Of a stretch of DNA of 64,000 nt, positions 42,241 to 50,777 are shown piece by piece. How positions within the stretch are numbered: position 1 is the first letter of the stretch; each line of letters begins with the position of its first letter. The notes below the pieces were generated by a model. The model was not told where the DNA came from. It did not search any database and worked only from the letters and a program-made list of their open reading frames with translations. Origin of the DNA: Thermoplasmata archaeon (GTDB lineage Archaea; Thermoplasmatota; Thermoplasmata; Lutacidiplasmatales; UBA184); the NCBI GenBank assembly GCA_049285595.1, contig JBAQAF010000036.1, positions 21,910 to 85,909 of the forward strand. Reading direction: 5' to 3'. The position numbers and the translations under genes were made by a program.

Positions 42241-45200
42241 CTACCGAGGGGGGGTCGCCCCGGGAGCGTCCGAACCTTCGTCCGGGTCCTCTTGCCAGGG
42301 GGGACGGGCGGCCGCGGCCGGCGCGGCGGCCGTCGGGGAGACCGGCCCCGCAACGTACGGTGTCACGGGTGCCGCAGGCGGCGGCCGACGCCGAGAGAAC
42401 GCCGCGACCAGGAACCCGAGTACCGCGAGAACGGCCAGGCCGGCGATCAACGCCCAGCCGACGAGAGGGATTCCCCAGGGACCCGTCGCCGACGTCGTCG
42501 GAACGGCCACCAGAACGATATGGAGCTCGGCGGTGGTGCCGCTGAGGACGCTGACATTCTCGTAGAACGTCACATACCCGGGCGCCTCGACGACCACCGA
42601 TTGGATCCCGGGAAGCTGCGAGGTAAAGAAGCCCAGTCCGTGGAGGGGAACGAGGCTGGCGTCGATGTACACGTAGGCGCCGGCAACGTTGACCGTGCCG
42701 TCAAGTATCCCATAGACGATCGAGAACTGCAACGAGACGGTCGCGAACGTCGAGCTATTCCCGATCCCCGCGGAGGGAGTGACCGTGTAGTTCGCGGCCG
42801 TGGCCGTCCATGCGTACGCTCCCGCGGGGAGCTCAAAGACGGTGAGGTTGAGGAACTCACCGGTGGAGATGTAGCGCTGATCGAACCCCGGCCCGGTGAT
42901 CTCCACCGACCAGGATCGGGGAGCTCGACCGACGAACGACTCGTTGAAGGTGACGGCGGGCTGGAGGAGAAAGGCGATGGGGGGGACCGTCGCGCCGTCG
43001 TTCCCGACCACGACCGTCCCATTCGGGGTCGATGTGTTGTACCCCCGCGAGCTCGTGTTCCAAGTATACGTTCCCGGATTCACTTCGAACACGATCGTCG
43101 CACGGGTGGAATTGATGGTCGCGAGGAACGCGGGGCCGCCGAGCCCGATGCTGACGTTCCAGGTCCAGCCCGGCAGGATGCCACCTTCTACGAACGTGAG
43201 CGCGACGAGCGGCGTGAAGAGGATCGTCACTTCGGTACCTGTGCCGTTCACAGTGTAGTTCCCGGCCGTGGCGCCGGTATAATTGCTCGGGAGCAGGACC
43301 GTGTAGTTGTAGGTCCCGTTCGGCGAGTAGAGGGTCAGGCTCGTCTGGTTCGTGCGGTACTCGACGCCCTGGACCTCGACCCCCCAGACGACACCGCTCG
43401 CGAGGCCGAGCTCGTTCACGTCGACCGCGAACGCCATCGAACGGACGAGCGGCACGAAATCTCCCTCGTACGTGATGCGATCCCCGTCGTTGTACGGCAG
43501 GCGGCCGAGGGGGTTCGCCGCGGTCCCGTAGTTGGACCAGTAGTTGCCGCCCTGGTACGTCGTCCCGATGATGCTCCCCGATAGGTTGGATCCGAGGACG
43601 GTGTCGATCGTGTCGGCCGGCGCGGAGGGTACGTTCCACCGGTCCTCGTAGACGACCGCGCTGCAGAGGATCTCGCACGACACCGGATCGATCGTCGGGG
43701 TGTACGCCGGCGCGGGGAGGGCGAAGTAATTGTTGTAGATCAGGTCCCCGGACTCCGCCTCCCAGATCCCGGTCGTATTGTTCCCCGAATTCTCGACCGC
43801 GCTTTGGTTCGTCGCGGGCGCGGTGGAGTTGAGGAAGCTGTTGCCCCAGATCGTGTTGTGCGATCCGCCGTAGAGCGCGAGGGAGATCCCCTGGTCGTAG
43901 AAGGTGTTCCCCGCGACCAGGTCTCCGGTCGCGTTCCACAGGATGACCGCGCCGAGGGGGCTGAAGCCGACGTTGGCGGAGAGCCAGCCGCTGATCCCGG
44001 GAGAGTCCTCGAGCGTGAGGTTCGTGACGTTCCAGAACTCGGCCTGGAGGTGGTTCGCTCCCGGGAGCCCCGCCCCGGAGAGGTTCGCCGCGACGTCGGC
44101 GGAGTAGACGATCGCCAAGCTCGGTGGGGTGACGTGGACGAACGAATGCGTGTCGATCAGAAGGATCCCGGGGAACACGGGGAAGAAGTAGTCGTTCATC
44201 GCTCCAAAGATCGCGTCGATCGGGTGCGGTTGGTTCGACTCGAGGATGTACGGGCTGGCCACGGTCCCGGCACCAGACGCCGCGAGGTCCGACAACTCCG
44301 TGTCCCCCCAGGCAACGAGGGGCGTGTAGATCCCGAGCGCGTTGGAGCGGACCATCGTGGCGGTGATCGAACCGGTCGAGTTGCCGACCGGGTTGAACGA
44401 GCGGTGGATCGGGCGGAAATCGCTAAGCATCCACTCAAAGTAGAAGTTTCCGACGTCCGGGAACGCGACGATCGCGGGTCCCGTGGTGAAACCCAGCGTC
44501 GGGACCCACTGCGCGGAGCGGGGGTTCAACGCCGTCCCCGGGGTTACGAATAGGAAGGCGTTCGCCGGGGTGACCGCCGCGGAAAGGGTCCGGTAGCCGG
44601 GGTGCCCGGAGAGGTTCCACAGACCTCCCAGGAACGACGGACCGATCACCAGGTCGGCGTGAGGGATCGTCGCGCCTCCTGCCGTCGTGTTGTAGAAGAC
44701 GGCGACCCCATCGCTCGTCTCGCCCGTGTCGGAGCCGGCGTCGTACGCGGAGGGAACGGGGGCGTACGCGCTCGCGCTCGAATTCCATGTGTCGAGCGAG
44801 AATTGAGCGTTCAGTCGGACGAACGTCGTGGTGTCCCCGTCCCCGTCTCCGACGAGGACGAGCTCGAGGTCGTTCGGTAGACCCAGCGGGTCGTTGGCCG
44901 TGCCGTTCGCCTGGAACTGGGGTACCGGGGCCGCGAAGATCGGGGGCAATCGATCGGAGTTGAACACGACGTTGTCGAACGTGCCCGACGCGTGAACCGA
45001 CGGGGCCCGGAGCGTATAGTTGAAGAAGATCGCCGGCCGATTCCCGACGTCCGTCGCGTTGAGGTAGAACGTCACGGTGAACGGATAGTGAACCGTGAAC
45101 GTGGGGCCGGTCGCGTAGTAGAAGATCGGGGCGAGGAGCGTCCCGTTGGCCCCGTGGGAGTGGAAGACGTTCGACGAGATCAGGCCGGCAGGGCTCGACA

Positions 45201-45813
45201 TGTTCCAGATGTTGTCGCCGAATGTCAGCGTCCCATTGCTCGAAGTGTAGCTCACGAAGTTCTGGGCCCAGAACTCATAGCTTGACTTCCCGAACAGCTC
45301 GACGTGCGTGGCGACGGCGTTCATCTGAACGCCGAAGATGTCGGGGCCATCGCCGTCCAGATAGACCGACTGTGCGCTCGTGATGGCCGCGGTGCCTTCC
45401 ACGCTCGTGGTGTTGAGGACGGTCGGGGTGACGGTCCCGGATTCGTTCTCCAACCCCAGGTCGGCGACCCCCATCGGAGCGGGGGCAAGGTCGTACGTCG
45501 GGGCTACGGGTCCGACCCGGCCCGGATCCGCTGCCGCGAGGTTCGGGAGGTGGGCATCTTGGAACGGCACCCCGCGCTCGCGAAGCGTGGTCTCGATCGC
45601 GCCGATGCGGGCCTGCGCCGACGGATGGGCCGATAACTGGGGTCGAGCGGCATCGGACGGAGGTACCGCGGTGGACGGAGTCGCACGCGGGGTCCCGACC
45701 CACGCCGGTCCGGGAACCAACAGCAGCACGACGATCGCGATGACCGGGACGATCCAGAGCGAACGAGTGCGACCCACGGAATCTCGAAGAGGGCGACGCG
45801 GCCGCTTCCTCAT
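42241..45813 (-). CDS. Giant surface protein: thermopsin (peptidase A5)-like domain, parallel beta-helix repeats, beta-sandwich modules, C-terminal TM anchor and Pro-rich tail
   Basis: 1190 aa. N-terminal anchor LWIVPVIAIVVLLLVPG. Thermopsin-like segment PAPMGVADLGL...NTTSVEGT...FGVQMNAVATHVELFG...YEFWAQNFVSY. Beta-helix segment GNTFYDQGISLALYGGSHNTIWGNSF. Modules LTFVEGGILPGWTWNVSI and VTFNESFVGRAPRSWSVEI. C-terminus GWALIAGLAVLAVLGFLVAAFSRRR plus a P-rich tail. The thermopsin call is from memory of the family pattern. Confidence 0.75.
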   Translation of the reverse strand: MRKRPRRPLRDSVGRTRSLWIVPVIAIVVLLLVPGPAWVGTPRATPSTAVPPSDAARPQLSAHPSAQARIGAIETTLRERGVPFQDAHLPNLAAADPGRVGPVAPTYDLAPAPMGVADLGLENESGTVTPTVLNTTSVEGTAAITSAQSVYLDGDGPDIFGVQMNAVATHVELFGKSSYEFWAQNFVSYTSSNGTLTFGDNIWNMSSPAGLISSNVFHSHGANGTLLAPIFYYATGPTFTVHYPFTVTFYLNATDVGNRPAIFFNYTLRAPSVHASGTFDNVVFNSDRLPPIFAAPVPQFQANGTANDPLGLPNDLELVLVGDGDGDTTTFVRLNAQFSLDTWNSSASAYAPVPSAYDAGSDTGETSDGVAVFYNTTAGGATIPHADLVIGPSFLGGLWNLSGHPGYRTLSAAVTPANAFLFVTPGTALNPRSAQWVPTLGFTTGPAIVAFPDVGNFYFEWMLSDFRPIHRSFNPVGNSTGSITATMVRSNALGIYTPLVAWGDTELSDLAASGAGTVASPYILESNQPHPIDAIFGAMNDYFFPVFPGILLIDTHSFVHVTPPSLAIVYSADVAANLSGAGLPGANHLQAEFWNVTNLTLEDSPGISGWLSANVGFSPLGAVILWNATGDLVAGNTFYDQGISLALYGGSHNTIWGNSFLNSTAPATNQSAVENSGNNTTGIWEAESGDLIYNNYFALPAPAYTPTIDPVSCEILCSAVVYEDRWNVPSAPADTIDTVLGSNLSGSIIGTTYQGGNYWSNYGTAANPLGRLPYNDGDRITYEGDFVPLVRSMAFAVDVNELGLASGVVWGVEVQGVEYRTNQTSLTLYSPNGTYNYTVLLPSNYTGATAGNYTVNGTGTEVTILFTPLVALTFVEGGILPGWTWNVSIGLGGPAFLATINSTRATIVFEVNPGTYTWNTSSRGYNTSTPNGTVVVGNDGATVPPIAFLLQPAVTFNESFVGRAPRSWSVEITGPGFDQRYISTGEFLNLTVFELPAGAYAWTATAANYTVTPSAGIGNSSTFATVSLQFSIVYGILDGTVNVAGAYVYIDASLVPLHGLGFFTSQLPGIQSVVVEAPGYVTFYENVSVLSGTTAELHIVLVAVPTTSATGPWGIPLVGWALIAGLAVLAVLGFLVAAFSRRRPPPAAPVTPYVAGPVSPTAAAPAAAARPPWQEDPDEGSDAPGATPPR

Positions 45814-45932
45814 AGAGATTTGGTCCGAACTCGAGAGCCCTCACCGCGACGGGATCGGGGGGGACTCCTGCTTCAGACTCGTTCGACCTCGGCGGCGCTG
45901 GACGAGGGCGCTCGTCCCGCCGGAGAGAGAGC

Positions 45933-46736
45933 TCAGGGCGAGATCCAGCGAAGAGTGGAATCGGTAGGGTCGGTCCGGGACTCCCTCACCCCACGGTGGA
46001 ATTCGGGCAGCCAAGGGACGCTCGAAAGGGCCTCTTCGACGGCGGGGAGCCGCGCCGCGTTCCGCCGCCAGCGGTGGGCTGCCAGGCGATCGTAACCGTC
46101 CACAGGGGTCGCATAGCCGACGGTGAGGACCAGGGCCGCGCCTCCGACAAGGAGGAGCGTGAAGCCGACCAGCTCGATGAGGAGTCCAAGGCCGACCAGA
46201 TCGAGAGTGCTCGTGAGAAGTCCGAGGGCGACCACTAGGGCGGCCCCGAGGGAGAAGAGAGTACCCCAGAGGAACGGACCGAACGCGTAGGCATGGACCC
46301 GAGCGACCCGGCGGGACTCGTCCGCGACCGTGACATACGCTCGCCAGATGCCGGCGAGGGCGGCGTCCGGCTCGGGGGACTTGTTCTCGGAGAGGTGCGC
46401 GATCACCGTACGGGCGAGATCCAAGTCCAGCCGCTGATAGGTGGAGATGTCTCCCCCGAGCATCGTGGCAAGGGCAAACGTGCCGACGGCCCCGACGATC
46501 AGGGGGGTGGTGACGACCCACGCCGAGAGGGAGAGCATCCCGTTGTACTCGGCCACCAACAGGAGCGCGTAGACCAGGGCAAACAGACTCGCCGTAGCGA
46601 CCGCGAGCCCCCCGGGAGAATCCGGAGGGGGCAGGCTGATCGCCGCCAGCGAACGGGGACGGGGAGCCCATGCGGGCGCCGCGGGCGTGGCGCCCGCCGA
46701 CGACTCGGACCAAGGCTGACTGGGCACGGAACCCAC
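45933..46736 (-). CDS. Hypothetical membrane protein
   Basis: From ORF 45933..46868: SLFALVYALLLVAEYNG...VVTTPLIVGAVGTFALATMLGG...FGPFLWGTLFSLGAALVVALGLL...LLIELVGFTLLLVGGAALVL. The start is guessed at GTG 46736 to avoid overlapping the MOSC gene. Confidence 0.45.
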   Translation of the reverse strand: MGSVPSQPWSESSAGATPAAPAWAPRPRSLAAISLPPPDSPGGLAVATASLFALVYALLLVAEYNGMLSLSAWVVTTPLIVGAVGTFALATMLGGDISTYQRLDLDLARTVIAHLSENKSPEPDAALAGIWRAYVTVADESRRVARVHAYAFGPFLWGTLFSLGAALVVALGLLTSTLDLVGLGLLIELVGFTLLLVGGAALVLTVGYATPVDGYDRLAAHRWRRNAARLPAVEEALSSVPWLPEFHRGVRESRTDPTDSTLRWISP

Positions 46737-46801
46737 GACCTTCCCCCGGGTTCTTAAACGCTCCGTCGAACGAGAACCGGGCGGCGCGCGGCCTCCGAGC
46801 G

Positions 46802-47311
46802 CTACGGGAGCGATCGGATCGAGTCGCCCACCCGGATCTCGCCGGGGACGACCACTCGAGCGTACCACCCTCGTCGACCGATCATCGTTCGAAGGAACTC
46901 CGCGCCCCTCGAACGACCGACGTACGGCAGGAGCAACAGATTATCGCACGGGTCGCACGGCTTCGAGATTTCCACGGTCGCCTCGCCGACGCGAAGTCGG
47001 CAGGGTGGGGAGAACTGTAAATTCGGTATTCCTCGGGTGGTCACGTTCTCCCCGAGGTCCCCGAGTCGGATCGGCCATCCTTCCCGGCGAAGCTCCTCGA
47101 TGTTTTCCATCGGAATGAGCAACAGCGCCATCGCCTCGTCGCCCGCCCGCTCTTGGGACCGCCACCGATTGAAATCCCCGTCCGCCCCACGGGCGCTCAC
47201 CTGGAGCGAGGGTACCGACGGTTTGGGGAGACCGCGTTCCCCGGGGACCTCGGGCTTCCGGTGGAGGCCAGCGACCGTTCCCGATACGACGCGCGCACTG
47301 ATCGCCTCCAC
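46802..47311 (-). CDS. MOSC-domain protein (YiiM-like)
   Basis: VSGTVAGLHRKPEV...GLPKPSV...GADGDF...LGENVTTRGI...LRVGEATVEISKPCDPCDNL...RGWYARVVVPGEIRVGDSI. The start is guessed at GTG 47311, just after the msrB stop. Confidence 0.7.
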   Translation of the reverse strand: MEAISARVVSGTVAGLHRKPEVPGERGLPKPSVPSLQVSARGADGDFNRWRSQERAGDEAMALLLIPMENIEELRREGWPIRLGDLGENVTTRGIPNLQFSPPCRLRVGEATVEISKPCDPCDNLLLLPYVGRSRGAEFLRTMIGRRGWYARVVVPGEIRVGDSIRSLP

Positions 47312-47319
47312 GAACGCTC

Positions 47320-47730
47320 CTACGGCCGTTTCGGCAGAGGGGAACCGGGGGAGGACGCCGGAACGAAGAGGAGCGAGATCGAGTTCACGCAATGACGAAC
47401 GTTCCGTTCCGTCAGGCGTTCGCCGTTGAAGACGTGGCCGAGGTGCGCCCCGCATCGCCGGCACTGGATCTCGGTCCGATCGCCGTCGGCATCAGGAATA
47501 TGGGCGACCGCCCCTTCCACCTCTCGATCGAAGGCGGGCCAGCCGCACCCCGAGTCGAACTTGGAATCGGATTCGTAGAGCGACGCTCCGCACCGCTTGC
47601 AGACGTAGGTGCCGCGCGCGAACAGCCGATCATACTCACCGGTGAACGGCGCTTCGGTGCCTTTGTGGACGATCACCCGCTCTTCGGCATGGGTCAGCTT
47701 GCGCAGCGGGGTGCCCGGACTCGCGCTCAC
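47320..47730 (-). CDS. msrB: Peptide-methionine (R)-S-oxide reductase
   Basis: [10 protein letters not shown]...[28 protein letters not shown]...[17 protein letters not shown]...RHCVNS. GTG start. Confidence 0.92.
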   Translation of the reverse strand: MSASPGTPLRKLTHAEERVIVHKGTEAPFTGEYDRLFARGTYVCKRCGASLYESDSKFDSGCGWPAFDREVEGAVAHIPDADGDRTEIQCRRCGAHLGHVFNGERLTERNVRHCVNSISLLFVPASSPGSPLPKRP

Positions 47731-47750
47731 GAACGTCTTGAGCGCGGCGG

Positions 47751-47759
47751 CCTATTTGG
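47751..47759 (-). promoter_or_regulatory. TATA-like box for msrB
   Basis: The minus strand reads gCCAAATAGg, ~25 nt upstream of GTG 47730. Confidence 0.4.
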
Positions 47760-47820
47760 CGGGCTCGGCTTCGATGGGGGTCGCTCCCGGGGGCCGTGGC
47801 CACCATCCGAGCGTTGTGGG

Positions 47821-47828
47821 GTTATATT
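47821..47828 (+). promoter_or_regulatory. TATA-like box for the YVTN-repeat gene
   Basis: gGTTATATTcg lies ~25 nt upstream of ATG 47850. Confidence 0.45.
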
Positions 47829-47849
47829 CGCGCGGGGTTCCGACGAACG

Positions 47850-50744
47850 ATGTCGACCTCGACAGCACGCCGACCGTTATCCGATTCCCGCATTTCGCTC
47901 CGTTCGGTATCGTTCTTGCTGCTCGCGGCGGTGGTCGTGAGTCTAATCGCTTCCGCCGGCGCGGGAGTCATGGCGATGCCTCACCCTTCGGTCGGAGGCC
48001 CGTCCCCCGCGGGGTCCCTCCCATCCTCCGTTCGCTCTACGCCGACGGTTCGCTCGCCGTCCGCGAGCGCAGTGGTCGCCGTGGACGACCTGCTGACGGA
48101 CACCGTCACGACGGGGAACAACCTCCCCTCGGAGCAGTTCGATCCCCAGAGTGGAGTCTACGACGCCGGCAATGGCAATTTCTACATCCGAGGGAATTCG
48201 GGACAGACCCTCTCCGTCGTCAACGGCACCACGGACCGCGAGGTCGCGGTCCTCCCGGTCTCGGCCGCTGAGGCCGACTACGCCCAAGTGCCGAGCCTCG
48301 CGGTCGATCCGCTCTACGGCACCGTGTTCGTCACCAATAGCAACCCCGGAAACGTCTCCGTGATCGACGGCGCCACCGAATCGGTGGTCACCTCGATCCC
48401 GGTCCTCGGGGAACCGACCGGTATCGTCGCCGACCCGACGTCCGGGGATCTGTTCGTCGCCGATTCCTCGCTGAGAAACGTCACGGTGATCTCGGGGCTG
48501 ACCAATTCGGTCATCACACGGATTCCGGTCGGCACCGAGCCGAACGGGATCATCTACGACTCGACCGACCACCTGGTGTTCGTCGCGAACTTCGGGTCGT
48601 CGAACGTCACCGTGATCGACGCGGTGACGGACGAGGTGGTGACCAATCTCGCTACCGGTCACGAACCGCTGGCGATGGTCTGGGACCCGACGGACGACTA
48701 TCTCGATGTCGCGAACTACGGCGGGTCGAGCGTCTCGATCTTCTCCGCGTCGACGGGCGCGCTGCTGTGGACGTACCCGCTCGGCTCGGGGACGCCGATC
48801 GACCTCACCTACAGTCCGGCCGGCGATCGGGTCTTCGTCGTGAACTTCTTCTCGAACAACGCAACGGTCATCGACCAGTCGCCGTACGGCGGGGATGGCA
48901 GCCTCGCGCTGCCCGGAACTCCGCAGTGGGCGGCGTACGACCCGACCGACCAGCACGTCTTCGTCGCCTGCCCGCAGTCGTACGCCGTCAGCATCCTCGC
49001 CGCCTCTCCGGCCGGATATGTCAGCAACGTCACGATCCCCGACTTCCCGACCGCCGTCCTGGTGGACACCGCGAACGGACGTGCCCTGTCGGTCAACACC
49101 GGATCCTCGTCGGTCGATGCCAACGCGACCGTCCTCGACCCGACGACCGATCTTCCGATCGCGAACATTCCCCTCAGTCTCAATCTCGCCGGGATCACCG
49201 ACGACCCAACGCTGTCGACCCTCGAGGTCGCGGACGAGTACGGGAACAGCGTCTTCGGCCTGGCGGCGTCGACCGGCCTCGACGCGTACTTCGACCGCGT
49301 GGGGAATCTGCCGATCGCCTCCGCGTACGACTCGAAATCCGGGAACCTGTTCGTACTGAACCGGGAGGGCTCGAACGTGAGCACGATCGGCCCCGCGGGT
49401 ACGATCGTCGGAAGCCTCGCGACCGGCGATCTCCTGACCGGGGTCACGGTCGATACTCGGACCGGGGTCGTGTACGTGAGCTCGGACGAGGGGAACGTGA
49501 CGGTGATCGACGCCGCGAACCCGACGGTCCGCACGTCGATCCTCATCGGAGCGGATGTCTCCCTCGGGTCGGTCCTCTACGATCCCCACTCGAACGAAGT
49601 GTACGTTTCGAACTGGGAGAACGGCACGATCGCGGTCATCGACCCCGCCACGAACTCGACCGTGGGCCCGGCCATCCCGGTGGGTTCCGAGCCAGCGACG
49701 CTGACGTACGATCCCGTCAACCAGACCGTCTTCGTCGTGAATCAGGGCTCCGGCAACCTGAGCGTGATCGACACCGCCACCGATGCGGTGGCGCGCACGG
49801 TCGCCTCCGCGGGGACGACCGCCCTCGTCTTCGACCCCTCGAAGAACGCGATGTATGCGGTCGGCGAGTACACCCCGGTGGTCACCGCCGTCAACGCCTC
49901 CACCTACGTGAGTCTCGGCGCAGGTCTGGAACTCGGGAACGTCCTCGTCGGAGGGATCGGCTACGACCCGTCGGACCACCGCATCCTCGTATCGGACATC
50001 TACAACGGGTGCCTCCTCGAAGTCGGAGCGCCTTCCTCGAGCCCGAGCGACTATCCGATCACGTTCACCGAATCCGGCCTCGGGGCCGGCACATCGTGGT
50101 CGATCACCCTCACCTCCGTCGCGACGATGAGTTCCGTCACGTCCACGATCGACTTCTCCGAGCCGAACGCCACCTACGACTTCACCCTCGGCGCGGTCGC
50201 GGGGTACGTCGCGCTGACCCTCCCCGGAAACGTCCTCGTGAGCGGCGCCCCGGTCACGCAGGCGGTCGACTTCTACGCGAAGTTCGGTGACACCCTCGCG
50301 TCCAACGCGAGCACGATCGTACTCGGAGGCTCCGTGACGCTCACGACCTCGCTCACCGGCGGCCTCTCCCCGTACACGTTCGTCTACAGCGTTCCGGCTC
50401 CGTGCGAGAGCGCGAACACGCCGTCGATCGTCTGCACCCCGGCGGCGCTCGGAACGTTCCACGTCCACGTGAACGTCACCGACCAGCAGGGCCAGGTCCG
50501 GATGGCGAACGCAACGTTCACCGTCCAGTCGTCCGCTCCGTCGCCGACGAGCCCGAAATCGAGCCTGCCTACATGGGAATGGTTCGGCCCGCTTCTCCTG
50601 GTCATCGCGGCCCTCCTCGCCATCGCCGTGTGGTTGACGCGTCGGCGCAAGAAGGAGGAGCCCGCCGCCTCGGTCCCGCCTCCGTCGGGCGGCGCGACGA
50701 ACCTGCCGCCGCGCTCCGGTAACGGGAACGCGCCGCCGCCGTAG
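47850..50744 (+). CDS. Giant surface protein with YVTN-family beta-propeller repeats, shared beta-sandwich module, C-terminal TM anchor and Pro-rich tail
   Basis: Signal/anchor VSFLLLAAVVVSLIASAGA. Many ~42-aa repeats are present (P.G.vyD...g.vFVaN..s.NVtVID..t..Vv..I.vG), for example FVTNSNPGNVSVIDGATESVVTSIPVLGEPTGIV. Module ITFTESGLGAGTSWSITL. C-terminus LLLVIAALLAIAVWLTRRRKKEE plus a P-rich tail. The start is trimmed to ATG 47850 by promoter geometry. Confidence 0.85.
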   Translation: MSTSTARRPLSDSRISLRSVSFLLLAAVVVSLIASAGAGVMAMPHPSVGGPSPAGSLPSSVRSTPTVRSPSASAVVAVDDLLTDTVTTGNNLPSEQFDPQSGVYDAGNGNFYIRGNSGQTLSVVNGTTDREVAVLPVSAAEADYAQVPSLAVDPLYGTVFVTNSNPGNVSVIDGATESVVTSIPVLGEPTGIVADPTSGDLFVADSSLRNVTVISGLTNSVITRIPVGTEPNGIIYDSTDHLVFVANFGSSNVTVIDAVTDEVVTNLATGHEPLAMVWDPTDDYLDVANYGGSSVSIFSASTGALLWTYPLGSGTPIDLTYSPAGDRVFVVNFFSNNATVIDQSPYGGDGSLALPGTPQWAAYDPTDQHVFVACPQSYAVSILAASPAGYVSNVTIPDFPTAVLVDTANGRALSVNTGSSSVDANATVLDPTTDLPIANIPLSLNLAGITDDPTLSTLEVADEYGNSVFGLAASTGLDAYFDRVGNLPIASAYDSKSGNLFVLNREGSNVSTIGPAGTIVGSLATGDLLTGVTVDTRTGVVYVSSDEGNVTVIDAANPTVRTSILIGADVSLGSVLYDPHSNEVYVSNWENGTIAVIDPATNSTVGPAIPVGSEPATLTYDPVNQTVFVVNQGSGNLSVIDTATDAVARTVASAGTTALVFDPSKNAMYAVGEYTPVVTAVNASTYVSLGAGLELGNVLVGGIGYDPSDHRILVSDIYNGCLLEVGAPSSSPSDYPITFTESGLGAGTSWSITLTSVATMSSVTSTIDFSEPNATYDFTLGAVAGYVALTLPGNVLVSGAPVTQAVDFYAKFGDTLASNASTIVLGGSVTLTTSLTGGLSPYTFVYSVPAPCESANTPSIVCTPAALGTFHVHVNVTDQQGQVRMANATFTVQSSAPSPTSPKSSLPTWEWFGPLLLVIAALLAIAVWLTRRRKKEEPAASVPPPSGGATNLPPRSGNGNAPPP

Positions 50745-50777
50745 ACCGGGGCGGGCCCGGCGTCGGCCGCCGCCGGC

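Noticed and set aside
47943-50468. 841-aa minus-strand ORF opposite the YVTN gene
   Set aside because: R/D/G/V-rich shadow ORF. The plus frame has periodic YVTN repeats, a signal peptide and a TM anchor.
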